NCBI GenBank assembly: GCA_903919075.1
Contig: CAIXGR010000007.1
Coordinates: 13,537 to 77,536, forward strand
Origin: an uncultured Bacteroidota bacterium
Lineage (GTDB): Bacteria; Bacteroidota; Bacteroidia; Chitinophagales; LD1
Direction: 5' to 3'
DNA: 64,000 nt
Shown here: piece by piece, positions 1 to 8,579 of the stretch
Layout: the number at the start of each line of letters is the position of its first letter
How positions within the stretch are numbered: position 1 is the first letter of the stretch
Made by a program: the position numbers and the translations under genes
Notes under the pieces: model-generated
Database searches by the model: none
Told to the model about the DNA's origin: nothing
What the model saw: only the letters and a program-made list of their open reading frames with translations

Positions 1-202
1 GAATTACCAGAAATATTGTAATGGTTTTAAATGTATTTTTCAAAGCCAGAATTTTTTGTGTAAAGATAACGCTTTACAGGCATAAGAAATTTGATTTAGC
101 CCCTGTATGCTACAAAATGGATACTAAAAAGAACAATTTGGACTGTAACTAATAGTGGTGTTAATATTTATACGGATTTGGGACCATTTAGTTAACAGTT
201 TT

Positions 203-239
203 TAAATAAAAAACGCCCCCTTTAAAAAAGGGGGCGTTT
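203..239 (-). terminator. Rho-independent terminator after the SusC/SusD/lipoprotein operon
   Basis: Inverted repeat AAACGCCCCC (211-220) / GGGGGCGTTT (230-239). On the minus strand the hairpin is followed by TTTATTTA and lies about 20 nt past the stop at 260. Confidence 0.7.
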
Positions 240-259
240 AGCAAAAAATATGCTCGTAT

Positions 260-904
260 TTATTGTTTTACGAAGGTACGAACCTGAGAGCCATAACCGC
301 TGGCTGCTATTGCATACGATATGCTAATAGGCGGGCCATATGTTATTTGAGCTTGTGAAAAACTTGCCGGGCCGCTGGAAGGGAAAATTTGATCAGGAAT
401 TAGAATTGTGGAATCGGTTTGTATTAAAAAAACTGCGGGATCAAATAGCGAATTGCCTCCCACGTTATCCGTCTGAAATAGACCTCTTCCCAGTTTAGTA
501 ACATTTGTTGTTGCACTAGTGCCGGAACGAAGATATACTCCACTTATGTCGAAAGCGGAAGATATACCTGTAACTGCAACATCGCGCGTTACAGATGCTT
601 TTAACCCATTTTTATTGGTGGCACTGTATGTAATTACAAAAAGGCCATCGGATGTGGTAACAACCGGTGTGGAGGCCGTTACTGTGCCGCTTTCTCCAGT
701 TACAGTATCTACCCATGAGGCACCGGGATCTGAAAATGCATCACCATGGTTCAATATAATAATTGGATCACCGTTTAGGGTAAGTACCGGAAAGCTAAAC
801 TTAACCAGCTTTGATACAGTTTTATCCTTTTTGCAACCCGGTAGCACAAAAGTTGCGATACACAGTGTAAGTAGCGAAATTGATATGATTGATATTCGTT
901 TCAT
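260..904 (-). CDS. PUL-associated surface lipoprotein, Ig-like/DUF5011-like domain
   Basis: I moved the start from the ORF-track 946 to the internal Met (MKRISIISISLL..PGCKKD, lipobox Cys), so it no longer overlaps the SusD stop. It lies 20 bp downstream of the SusD-family gene. The beta-rich segment LTLNGDPIIILNHGDAFSDPGASW resembles Ig-like DUF5011 folds. Confidence 0.6.
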   Translation of the reverse strand: MKRISIISISLLTLCIATFVLPGCKKDKTVSKLVKFSFPVLTLNGDPIIILNHGDAFSDPGASWVDTVTGESGTVTASTPVVTTSDGLFVITYSATNKNGLKASVTRDVAVTGISSAFDISGVYLRSGTSATTNVTKLGRGLFQTDNVGGNSLFDPAVFLIQTDSTILIPDQIFPSSGPASFSQAQITYGPPISISYAIAASGYGSQVRTFVKQ

Positions 905-924
905 ATTCGTATAATTTAAAGGGT

Positions 925-2433
925 TTAAGGATTTACATCCCACCAAATTTTATCGGTTATAAGTTTAACACCTGGGAAATTGGTATTGTTGTTAATCTCG
1001 AGACTAGGATATACTATACGACGCGGAAATTGACCAGCACTAAGAGAAGAAGATTGCGAAGTAACGAAACAGCTGGGTATTCTGGTTCTGCGCCATTCTG
1101 TCCATGCCTCAAAATTTTGATTGCCACACATACTAACCCACTTTTGAGTTAAAATAAGTTTTAACTGTTGTGCTTGTGTTGTTGCGCTGGCAAAGTTTAC
1201 AGAATCTGAAGTTTCGTATGCGGTTTCGTTGGGATCTACAGATGAATTAAGCCATGATGCCCAAGATGCTTCAATGCCAGCATTATAAGTGGGACCGGCA
1301 CTTCCTGGCAGCCATCCTCTAGCCTGTGCCTCAGCCTGCAAAAAGTAGCTTTCTGAAGTAGTTAAAAACCTTACCGAAGCTGCTGGGGCAATAATTTCGG
1401 TTGAATTTGGTGCGCTGTAATTAGCATCCTGAGTTTGACCGGTTAAATTTAACCAGGCACCTTGAGGAATTCCAACGTAATGGCTTCCATTTGCTGTTGC
1501 ATCATAAAAATCGCTTACACGGGTATCACCTAAACCATTCATATAATTAATGCAGGTGCTGCTGGCCAGTAAATCGTTAACTATTAAGAACACCCTTGTT
1601 GCATATAGAGGGAATTTTTGATAAATAACATCGGCGTAACGAAGCATGGCATCATCAGTTGATGGAGTTGTTAAAAATACTGCCCCGCTGGTGTTTAATT
1701 CAGTAATACCTGCTTGGGCCACACTTGCTCTGGGTCCAGGTAAAAGCGCTCCTCCTGAAGTAAGCCCCCCTCCCCCTTGCCGAATGTAAATTTTAAGCAA
1801 TAAGGTGTTAGCAAACATTTGCCATTGGGTCATTGGTGCGCCTGGGTAAATTAGGTCCTCGGATGGGGAATTTTGGGTCGCATCAATTATGCTGAGCCCG
1901 GTTTTAATCCAAACAACCAGACTGTCGTATACCACAGATTCGTCGTCATATTTAGGGGCCTTGTTAGCGGCACCTTTCAATGCTTCGGTTAATGGCACTC
2001 TGCCAAAAGCATCGGTTATTACCTGAAAATCGTAGGCCTTTAAAAAATATGCAATGGCTGCATAGTTTTTTTCGGTAGCGTCTGCATTCTGGATTATATA
2101 ATCGAGATTAGCTGCAGAGGCATATAGTACCGTCCAAAGGTTGTCATTATCAGGTGAAATGCTTTTGTATTCTTCGTAAGTTCCGTATTGGCTGCCGTTA
2201 GCCGGGTCTTGGGTCCAATACTGCGCCCATATACCGCCAATGATACTAAGTTGGTTGCCCACCATATATCCTATATTGGCTTCAACGGCTGGTAATACTA
2301 ATTTTACGTCTACCGATTCTGGATTATTGGGGTTTTTATTTACATCCAAAAACTTATTCTTTTTGCATGTTGTAAGCGTAAACAGCAGCACAACCAACAG
2401 CGCTATTTTCGAATATTTATATGTATTTTTCAT
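925..2433 (-). CDS. SusD/RagB-family nutrient-binding outer-membrane lipoprotein
   Basis: 502 aa with a lipoprotein signal (LLFTLTTCKKNKF). It sits immediately downstream (20 bp) of a SusC-type TonB-dependent transporter. Size and helical/aromatic composition are typical of SusD-like proteins. Confidence 0.85.
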   Translation of the reverse strand: MKNTYKYSKIALLVVLLFTLTTCKKNKFLDVNKNPNNPESVDVKLVLPAVEANIGYMVGNQLSIIGGIWAQYWTQDPANGSQYGTYEEYKSISPDNDNLWTVLYASAANLDYIIQNADATEKNYAAIAYFLKAYDFQVITDAFGRVPLTEALKGAANKAPKYDDESVVYDSLVVWIKTGLSIIDATQNSPSEDLIYPGAPMTQWQMFANTLLLKIYIRQGGGGLTSGGALLPGPRASVAQAGITELNTSGAVFLTTPSTDDAMLRYADVIYQKFPLYATRVFLIVNDLLASSTCINYMNGLGDTRVSDFYDATANGSHYVGIPQGAWLNLTGQTQDANYSAPNSTEIIAPAASVRFLTTSESYFLQAEAQARGWLPGSAGPTYNAGIEASWASWLNSSVDPNETAYETSDSVNFASATTQAQQLKLILTQKWVSMCGNQNFEAWTEWRRTRIPSCFVTSQSSSLSAGQFPRRIVYPSLEINNNTNFPGVKLITDKIWWDVNP

Positions 2434-2453
2434 ATATTTTCTTTTATTGAAAT

Positions 2454-5400
2454 TTAGAAATCAATAGTTACTCCTCCGCCCATGCTGCGTACCGATGGGA
2501 TATTCACAAATTCAAAACCCTGAACATTGCCTGCACCGTTGGCGTTAATTTCCGGATCGATGTAGGTATTTGCTTTAGGTACCCACATGGCCAGATTTGA
2601 ACCAAATGCTTTTATTGACAATCCGGTTATGTATTTTGTTTTAGCCAGTAGCTTTGCAGGGAAAGTATAGCTAATTGAAATCTCCCTCAGCTTCACAAAG
2701 CTGGCATCTATTAACTGGTATTGCGGAAACTGCAAATTATTGATTGTAAAAGCCCAGTAATTAATTGGCGCTACTTTAGTTGTGCTAGCCACATAATCTC
2801 CAGCGCTGTTCATATAAACGCTGTTAGGCACAACAAATGGTTGCCGATCGTTGTATGTTGTTAAAGGATCATTTCCAAGAAACTGTTGTAGTGATGCGGT
2901 GTTAGACCAAACCTGTCCTCCGGCCCTTCCATCTATTAACACACTTATCTTAAAGCCTTTGTATGAAAATGAAGTGCCAATGCTGCCTAACCAATCCGGT
3001 TGATTATTACCCAATATTTGGGCTTTAGGAGTTGGTAAGGGTAGCCCACTTGAACTGTCGACTACAACATGGCCGTGACCGTCGGTTTGAGCTGCAGTTC
3101 CGTAAAATGCACCGTAAGGTTGACCAGCTTGAGCAACAACTGATATACTAGAAGAACCGCCCAAAACTATCTGGGTAGCATTATCGGCAACTTTTACAAC
3201 CCTGCTGTAATTTTTGGTGAAGGTGCCGTATATCTCCCATTTAAATCCTGACTTAGTACTTACCGGTATAATGTTAAAGCCCAACTCTACGCCTTTGTTA
3301 GTTAAAATACCAGCATTAACTACCTGGGCCGAATATCCGGTACTAGGTGCAACAGGAATTACCAATATTTCATTAACGGTACGCTTATCGTAATATGTAA
3401 AATTCAAGCTCAATCTCTCCTTCAAAAATGCTAAATCAAAACCGGCCTCCCATGTTGTTGAAATTTCGGGCTTCAAATCTGGGTTTGCAAGGGTGGTGCT
3501 ATATGTATAGCCCGGAATATTTGAAGCGACACCGTTGTAATATGGAGATTTTACGTCCGTATTGTTAAATAGGTCGTTTACATCACCTAATGTAAAGTAA
3601 TTTCTTAATTGATAAGGTGCGGCATCTTTACCAATTTGAGCAATACTTGCACGTAGTTTAGCATAAGAAAGAATCATTGGATTAACCTTCTTCTTAAACA
3701 CATCGGTAAGTATAAATGAAGAGCTGATACCGGGATAGAAGTAAGAGCGATGGTCAACAGGTAAGGTAGATGACCAGTCGTTACGCGCATTTATATCAAC
3801 AAAGAAAAAGTTTTTATAGCCTATATCTATTTCTCCGTATGCACCAATAATACGGTTGGTGAAAGTTTGATCTACAGTAGTTGGCCGGTCTTTAGAATTA
3901 CTAATTGTATATAAATCAGGTATATTCAAACCTGCTGTTTCATTATAAGTATTTCGTAAGGTATTGCTATAAATACTATTACCGAGTAAAACACTAAAGG
4001 TAACATCATGCTTGAACTCTGTAGAAAAGCGAGCCATGACATCATTATTAATTGTATTAACTCTATAAATATCCTGATCGAATTTGCCGATGTATTCAAT
4101 AGGAAAAATATCAGGAGCTGCCTGGTAATTTGAAGATAAATAGCCTATGCTGTTATAGTTATATTTTAAAAAGCTTTGTTCACGTGTATCAGTATAAATG
4201 TCTGAGCCAAACCTATTGGTAAGGGTAAGCCATTTTACAGGTTTATAATCAACAGTTACATTGGTTAAAAACCGGTCTACATTGCCAGTTGTTTTTTCGT
4301 TAGCTAAAACCCAGTATGGATTGGGATAATAATGGTCGAAATATGTACCCGGTTGATTGTAAGGACTGCTTAAATCCCTTGATTCTGAAATAGGAATATC
4401 GCGTGGGGTATTTAATAATACATTGTATATACCCTGATTGCCTTGAGCATTTAGTGGAAGAGAACTGTTTGTTTTTGTATAATTAAAATTACCGGTTACC
4501 GATAGGTTATCAGAAAACTCGTGCGTAACATTAAGTCTTATCGAGTTTCTGTTGTATCCGGTTGTAGGGACAATTCCATCGTATTTTACATTATTAAATG
4601 AACCGTAAAAAGTAGTGCCTTTGTCGCCACCAGAAATGGAAATATTATTATTATAAGTAGCGCCCACATTAAAAAACGAACTGATGTTATCGGGAATTGC
4701 TGAATAAGGTTTTACTCTTATAACCCCGTTAACCGGTACGCCCCATGGTTGTAAAGAGCCATTAAATTTTGGCCCCCAGCTCCAGTTTTGTGCTGCGTCA
4801 TAAAACGGATTGCCGTTGTTGTCTTCGGTTCCCTGCCCAAATTCGTTTTGCATGGTTGGTATTTTTAAAGGCGTTTCGGCACTAATATTTGTGCTTAACG
4901 AAACTTTAAATTTCCTGCCCGATTTAACAACGTCTTTACCCGATTTTGTGGTGTATAGAATAACACCATTTGCGCCGCGCTGCCCATAAAGAGCCACCGC
5001 TGCTGCGCCTTTTAATACCGTTACTGATTCAATGTCCTCGGGGTTAATATCATTCCCACGGTTTCCTGCATCGTATTGATTGTTCATAGCATCGGCATTG
5101 GTGCTAATACCATCCGGAAATCCGAAATCGGAGTTGTCAATGGGCACCCCGTCCACTACTATTAGTGCATTGTTATTGCCGGTAAGCGATGACCCGCCGC
5201 GCAATACAACTCTTGTTGACCCGCCCGGTGCACCAGAGGCATTGTTTATTTGCGCACCAGCTACTTTACCCTGTAATGCTTCGAGAGCGTTGCTGGGTGA
5301 GGCATTATTTAAATCATCGGTATTAATTGTTGTGGTTGAGTAACCCAAACTTCTTTTCTCTCTTTTTAATGCTTGTGCTGTAACAACAACTTCTTCTAAA

Positions 5401-5753
5401 TGCAAAGCATCTTCCTCAAGCGCTGCGTTTAAGTTTCCGCTGGCAAGAGAAATTTCATAAGTCTTAAACCCAATGTATTTTACTACAAGGGTAGTAGAAC
5501 CCGGTGGTACAGCCAGGGAATATTTGCCATCAACATCGGTAACTGTGCCAACTGATGTTCCTTTGACTGACACAGAAGCGCCTATGACAGGCTCACCCTT
5601 TTTGTCTTTTACTGTGCCTTGCAGTACGTTTGTGGTTTGCGCATTACTACCCGGTGCATTATTAGTGGGTACCCCATTAACCTGTGCATTGAGATAAGTA
5701 AATGTGGAAACCATTACTAATGCAAGAACAGCATTGAGTAACATTCTTTTCAT
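2454..5753 (-). CDS. SusC/RagA-family TonB-dependent outer-membrane transporter
   Basis: 1099 aa with a signal peptide and an N-terminal carboxypeptidase-regulatory-like domain (GTVKDKKGEPVIGASVSVKGTSVGTVTDVDGKYSL). Plug and barrel follow, with a C-terminal aromatic residue (..GGVTIDF). There is no STN domain. It is paired with a SusD gene. Confidence 0.92.
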   Translation of the reverse strand: MKRMLLNAVLALVMVSTFTYLNAQVNGVPTNNAPGSNAQTTNVLQGTVKDKKGEPVIGASVSVKGTSVGTVTDVDGKYSLAVPPGSTTLVVKYIGFKTYEISLASGNLNAALEEDALHLEEVVVTAQALKREKRSLGYSTTTINTDDLNNASPSNALEALQGKVAGAQINNASGAPGGSTRVVLRGGSSLTGNNNALIVVDGVPIDNSDFGFPDGISTNADAMNNQYDAGNRGNDINPEDIESVTVLKGAAAVALYGQRGANGVILYTTKSGKDVVKSGRKFKVSLSTNISAETPLKIPTMQNEFGQGTEDNNGNPFYDAAQNWSWGPKFNGSLQPWGVPVNGVIRVKPYSAIPDNISSFFNVGATYNNNISISGGDKGTTFYGSFNNVKYDGIVPTTGYNRNSIRLNVTHEFSDNLSVTGNFNYTKTNSSLPLNAQGNQGIYNVLLNTPRDIPISESRDLSSPYNQPGTYFDHYYPNPYWVLANEKTTGNVDRFLTNVTVDYKPVKWLTLTNRFGSDIYTDTREQSFLKYNYNSIGYLSSNYQAAPDIFPIEYIGKFDQDIYRVNTINNDVMARFSTEFKHDVTFSVLLGNSIYSNTLRNTYNETAGLNIPDLYTISNSKDRPTTVDQTFTNRIIGAYGEIDIGYKNFFFVDINARNDWSSTLPVDHRSYFYPGISSSFILTDVFKKKVNPMILSYAKLRASIAQIGKDAAPYQLRNYFTLGDVNDLFNNTDVKSPYYNGVASNIPGYTYSTTLANPDLKPEISTTWEAGFDLAFLKERLSLNFTYYDKRTVNEILVIPVAPSTGYSAQVVNAGILTNKGVELGFNIIPVSTKSGFKWEIYGTFTKNYSRVVKVADNATQIVLGGSSSISVVAQAGQPYGAFYGTAAQTDGHGHVVVDSSSGLPLPTPKAQILGNNQPDWLGSIGTSFSYKGFKISVLIDGRAGGQVWSNTASLQQFLGNDPLTTYNDRQPFVVPNSVYMNSAGDYVASTTKVAPINYWAFTINNLQFPQYQLIDASFVKLREISISYTFPAKLLAKTKYITGLSIKAFGSNLAMWVPKANTYIDPEINANGAGNVQGFEFVNIPSVRSMGGGVTIDF

Positions 5754-6309
5754 AGAAGTTAGATTTGGTTAAGAAATAGGTTATCGCACTTGCAAGGTAA
5801 AACAGTTTTCAGACATATTAGATCTATTAACAAATAAATTGTTGACAAATAGGTGGTTTTAAATGAAGGATGATAGTATTCGTTTTTTACTATCCTAAAC
5901 GGTTTTATTTTTTGGCATGTAATTTGATGGGTGATAATATTTTTTATTTTTCAAAAATCAATTATCTGTAAATCATGAACTTATGAAATAGTTTTGTTTT
6001 GTATATAATTCCATTAAATCTTTGATTGATTGGTATTTGTGTAAAAGAATTTACTTCTTGTTAATTTATTAGGGTAGAATAATATGTGCATAATTATAAA
6101 GAGCGCGAGTAACTACGTATCGGTTCTGAATATATTATAAGAAGAGAAGTAATAGATATCTTCCAACACAAGTTATAGCTAACTCAATTCGGTTATTATC
6201 AAAAAAACAATTTTTATCTCTAATGAATAAATATTATTTTTGTAGTATTGATTTAATTATTAACCGATAAGCGCAATTACCGTGCAAATAAGAAAAGTAA
6301 GCGCCAGAT

Positions 6310-6392
6310 ATGGTTGACAATGGTTGACACTTTTAAAGCTATAAATATTGATTATCAATGGTTCCGTTTTTAAGGTGTCAACTGTCAACCAT
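6310..6392 (-). repeat. Composite palindromic intergenic element, copy A core (inverted relative to copy C)
   Basis: The core reads ATGGTTGACAATGGTTGACAC (6310-6330), then 16 nt, ATTGATTATCAAT (6347-6359), 14 nt, and GGTGTCAACTGTCAACCAT (6374-6392). Its reverse complement aligns to 60480-60562 without indels (69/83 by hand). Confidence 0.85.
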
Positions 6393-6502
6393 GTTTCTGA
6401 TATGGTTTCTAACTTTAATAAACCTTTGGGACGAATGGATTTTTTAAGGCGTAATCAAAATCTTTTTTGCATGTTTGCCGAAGTAATGAAACCAATTTTT
6501 AG

Positions 6503-7996
6503 ATGAAAAAAATTCTTGTAGCTAACCGAGGGGAAATTGCTTTGCGGGTAATGAAAAGTGCCAAAGAGATGGGCATTAAAACTGTTGCAGTATTTTCAGA
6601 AGCTGATCGGAATAGCCCGCATGTGAGATATGCTGATGAGGCAGTTTGTATTGGGCCGGCATCATCAAAAGAATCGTATTTAAGGAGAGATAAAATTGTT
6701 GAAGTAGCGAAAATGCTAGGTGTTGAGGGTATACATCCCGGCTATGGTTTTTTGAGTGAGAATGCTGTTTTTGCAAAGTTGGTTGAAGAAAACGGCATTA
6801 CTTTTATAGGGCCCACCCCTGAAGCGATTGAAGTAATGGGTAGTAAGCTTGCGGCGAAAGAAGCTGCAAAGAAGTTTGACATACCGATGGTACCGGGGAG
6901 TGAGGGAGCTATTACCGATATACCAGAAGCCAAGTTATTAGCTGATAAAATTGGTTATCCTATTCTTATAAAGGCATCGGCAGGTGGTGGTGGTAAAGGC
7001 ATGCGTGTAGTAAATGCTGCTGCTGAATTTGAAGAGCAAATGCAGCGGGCGCAAAGCGAAGCATTGAGCGCATTTGGAGATGGAAGTGTTTTTATTGAAA
7101 AATATGTGGGTTCGCCAAAGCATATTGAAGTACAGGTATTAGGAGATAATTATGGCAACATTGTTTATTTATTTGAAAGGGAATGCTCCATTCAACGCAG
7201 GCATCAAAAAGTAATTGAAGAGGCACCAAGTTCATGTTTAACACCAGAAAAGCGCAAGGCAATTGGAGAAGCAGCGGTAAAGGTTGCCCAATCGTGCGCT
7301 TATATTGGTGCTGGTACCGTTGAGTTTTTGGTTGATGAAGCTTTGAATTTTTATTTTTTGGAAATGAATACCCGCTTGCAGGTTGAGCACCCGGTAACTG
7401 AAATGATAACCGGTATAGACCTTGTAAAAGAGCAAATAAAAGTAGCAAGAGGAGAGAAGCTGAGCTTTACACAGGATGATTTGGTAATGCGTGGCCACGC
7501 TATTGAGTTGCGCGTTTATGCTGAAGACCCTATGAATAATTTTTTGCCTGATATTGGTAGATTAGAACAATACAAGAAACCGGAAGGCCCTGGAGTGAGA
7601 GTTGATGATGGCTATGAAGAAGGAATGGATATTCCTATTTATTACGATCCTATGCTAGCTAAACTAGTAGCTTACGGTAAAGACAGGGGAGAAGCTATAG
7701 AAAGACTGGTGCGTGCCATTGACGATTATAAAATTGTAGGTGTAAAAAACACACTCCGTTTCGGGAAATTTGTTTTGCGCCATCCCGATTTCATTTCGGG
7801 CCAATTTGATACCAATTTTGTGGCTAAGAATTACAAGCCTGAATATTTGAAAGTTGAGCAAGATGATGAAATGGAAATTGCCGCTCTTATTTCATCGCAT
7901 ATATATGAAGGTAAAAAAAGTACCCCAAATGGTGTAGCTACCAAAGCAGCTGCCGGTAAAAGTAATTGGGTGAAAAATCGTAGTTCTTATCGCTAA
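6503..7996 (+). CDS. accC: Biotin carboxylase (acetyl-CoA carboxylase subunit)
   Basis: The N-terminus MKKILVANRGEIALRV, the ATP-grasp motifs (GYPILIKASAGGGGKGMRVV, EMNTRLQVEHPVTE) and HAIELRVYAEDP are all typical. No C-terminal biotinyl (AMKM) domain is present. Confidence 0.92.
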   Translation: MKKILVANRGEIALRVMKSAKEMGIKTVAVFSEADRNSPHVRYADEAVCIGPASSKESYLRRDKIVEVAKMLGVEGIHPGYGFLSENAVFAKLVEENGITFIGPTPEAIEVMGSKLAAKEAAKKFDIPMVPGSEGAITDIPEAKLLADKIGYPILIKASAGGGGKGMRVVNAAAEFEEQMQRAQSEALSAFGDGSVFIEKYVGSPKHIEVQVLGDNYGNIVYLFERECSIQRRHQKVIEEAPSSCLTPEKRKAIGEAAVKVAQSCAYIGAGTVEFLVDEALNFYFLEMNTRLQVEHPVTEMITGIDLVKEQIKVARGEKLSFTQDDLVMRGHAIELRVYAEDPMNNFLPDIGRLEQYKKPEGPGVRVDDGYEEGMDIPIYYDPMLAKLVAYGKDRGEAIERLVRAIDDYKIVGVKNTLRFGKFVLRHPDFISGQFDTNFVAKNYKPEYLKVEQDDEMEIAALISSHIYEGKKSTPNGVATKAAAGKSNWVKNRSSYR

Positions 7997-7998
7997 TA

Positions 7999-8517
7999 TT
8001 AAGGTGCGCAGCCAATAACAATTGGGCTTGTTTGTATTCTATTACTAAAATGCCCTGCCAAATCGCGAATAACGATGGTGAATGTAAGGGTATCTAAGCT
8101 ATTAAAACAATTGGCATCGCACTGAATACATTTTGTGTTATCTACAAGTTTATGCACTTCCATAGTGCCTGATATGTCTTTGTATTTTCCAGCAGGCCTC
8201 AGGTCTGGCGATTGAAGGCCTGAAACACAATAATTGGGCTCTCTATTTTCTATTAAAAATATATTAAACTGACTTAGGAAAAAACAGGAGGTGTCGTTAT
8301 TGCAACAGTGGGTATTTGTATCGGGTGGTAAGGAACTTGGGCCAATATCGCCATCGCCATCAGTAAATGAAAAGCTGATAATGGCGGTATCGCCACTTCG
8401 CACATAAGGAGATGCTGAAATAAATTCGACATGTGGAATAATAGAATAGCTGGGCGCCTTAACACAGGAGTATAGTGTACAACTAATAACCGCACCCAGA
8501 AAAATCAGATTTCTCAT
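7999..8517 (-). CDS. Hypothetical Cys-rich lipoprotein
   Basis: The start is set at the internal Met (MRNLIFLGAVISCTLYSC, lipobox). It has no recognisable catalytic motifs and about 12 Cys residues. Confidence 0.5.
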   Translation of the reverse strand: MRNLIFLGAVISCTLYSCVKAPSYSIIPHVEFISASPYVRSGDTAIISFSFTDGDGDIGPSSLPPDTNTHCCNNDTSCFFLSQFNIFLIENREPNYCVSGLQSPDLRPAGKYKDISGTMEVHKLVDNTKCIQCDANCFNSLDTLTFTIVIRDLAGHFSNRIQTSPIVIGCAP

Positions 8518-8579
8518 CGCTTCAAATAAACTGAAATTTCGATGATTTATTGCAATTTTACAGGCAAAATTAACACCCC

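Noticed and set aside
1-202. A possible gene fragment at the 5' edge of the window.
   Set aside because: All frames on both strands are interrupted by stops within the first 200 nt. Nothing supportable was found.
6347-6359. The central palindrome ATTGATAATCAAT resembles a Fur/PerR-type 7-1-7 box (TGATAATnATTATCA).
   Set aside because: Only the TGATAAT half matches. The other half is CAAT rather than ATTATCA. The same palindrome occurs upstream of yidC, which is not an expected Fur target. It is recorded as a resemblance only.
6310-6392. The element core could be a phase-variable invertible promoter of the Bacteroides fimbrial or capsule type.
   Set aside because: The inverted arms are only about 45-50 bp apart, much shorter than known invertible segments. 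No site-specific recombinase gene is nearby. I have no evidence of alternative orientations from a single sequence.
6576-7861. A series of minus-strand ORFs (61-118 aa) inside accC. Comparable antisense or off-frame ORFs lie inside the susC-like gene, purL, yidC, the BNR genes, ribBA, the TPR gene and others.
   Set aside because: They are fully embedded in long ORFs with strong family signatures. They have odd composition and no signal or motif content. These are typical shadow ORFs.
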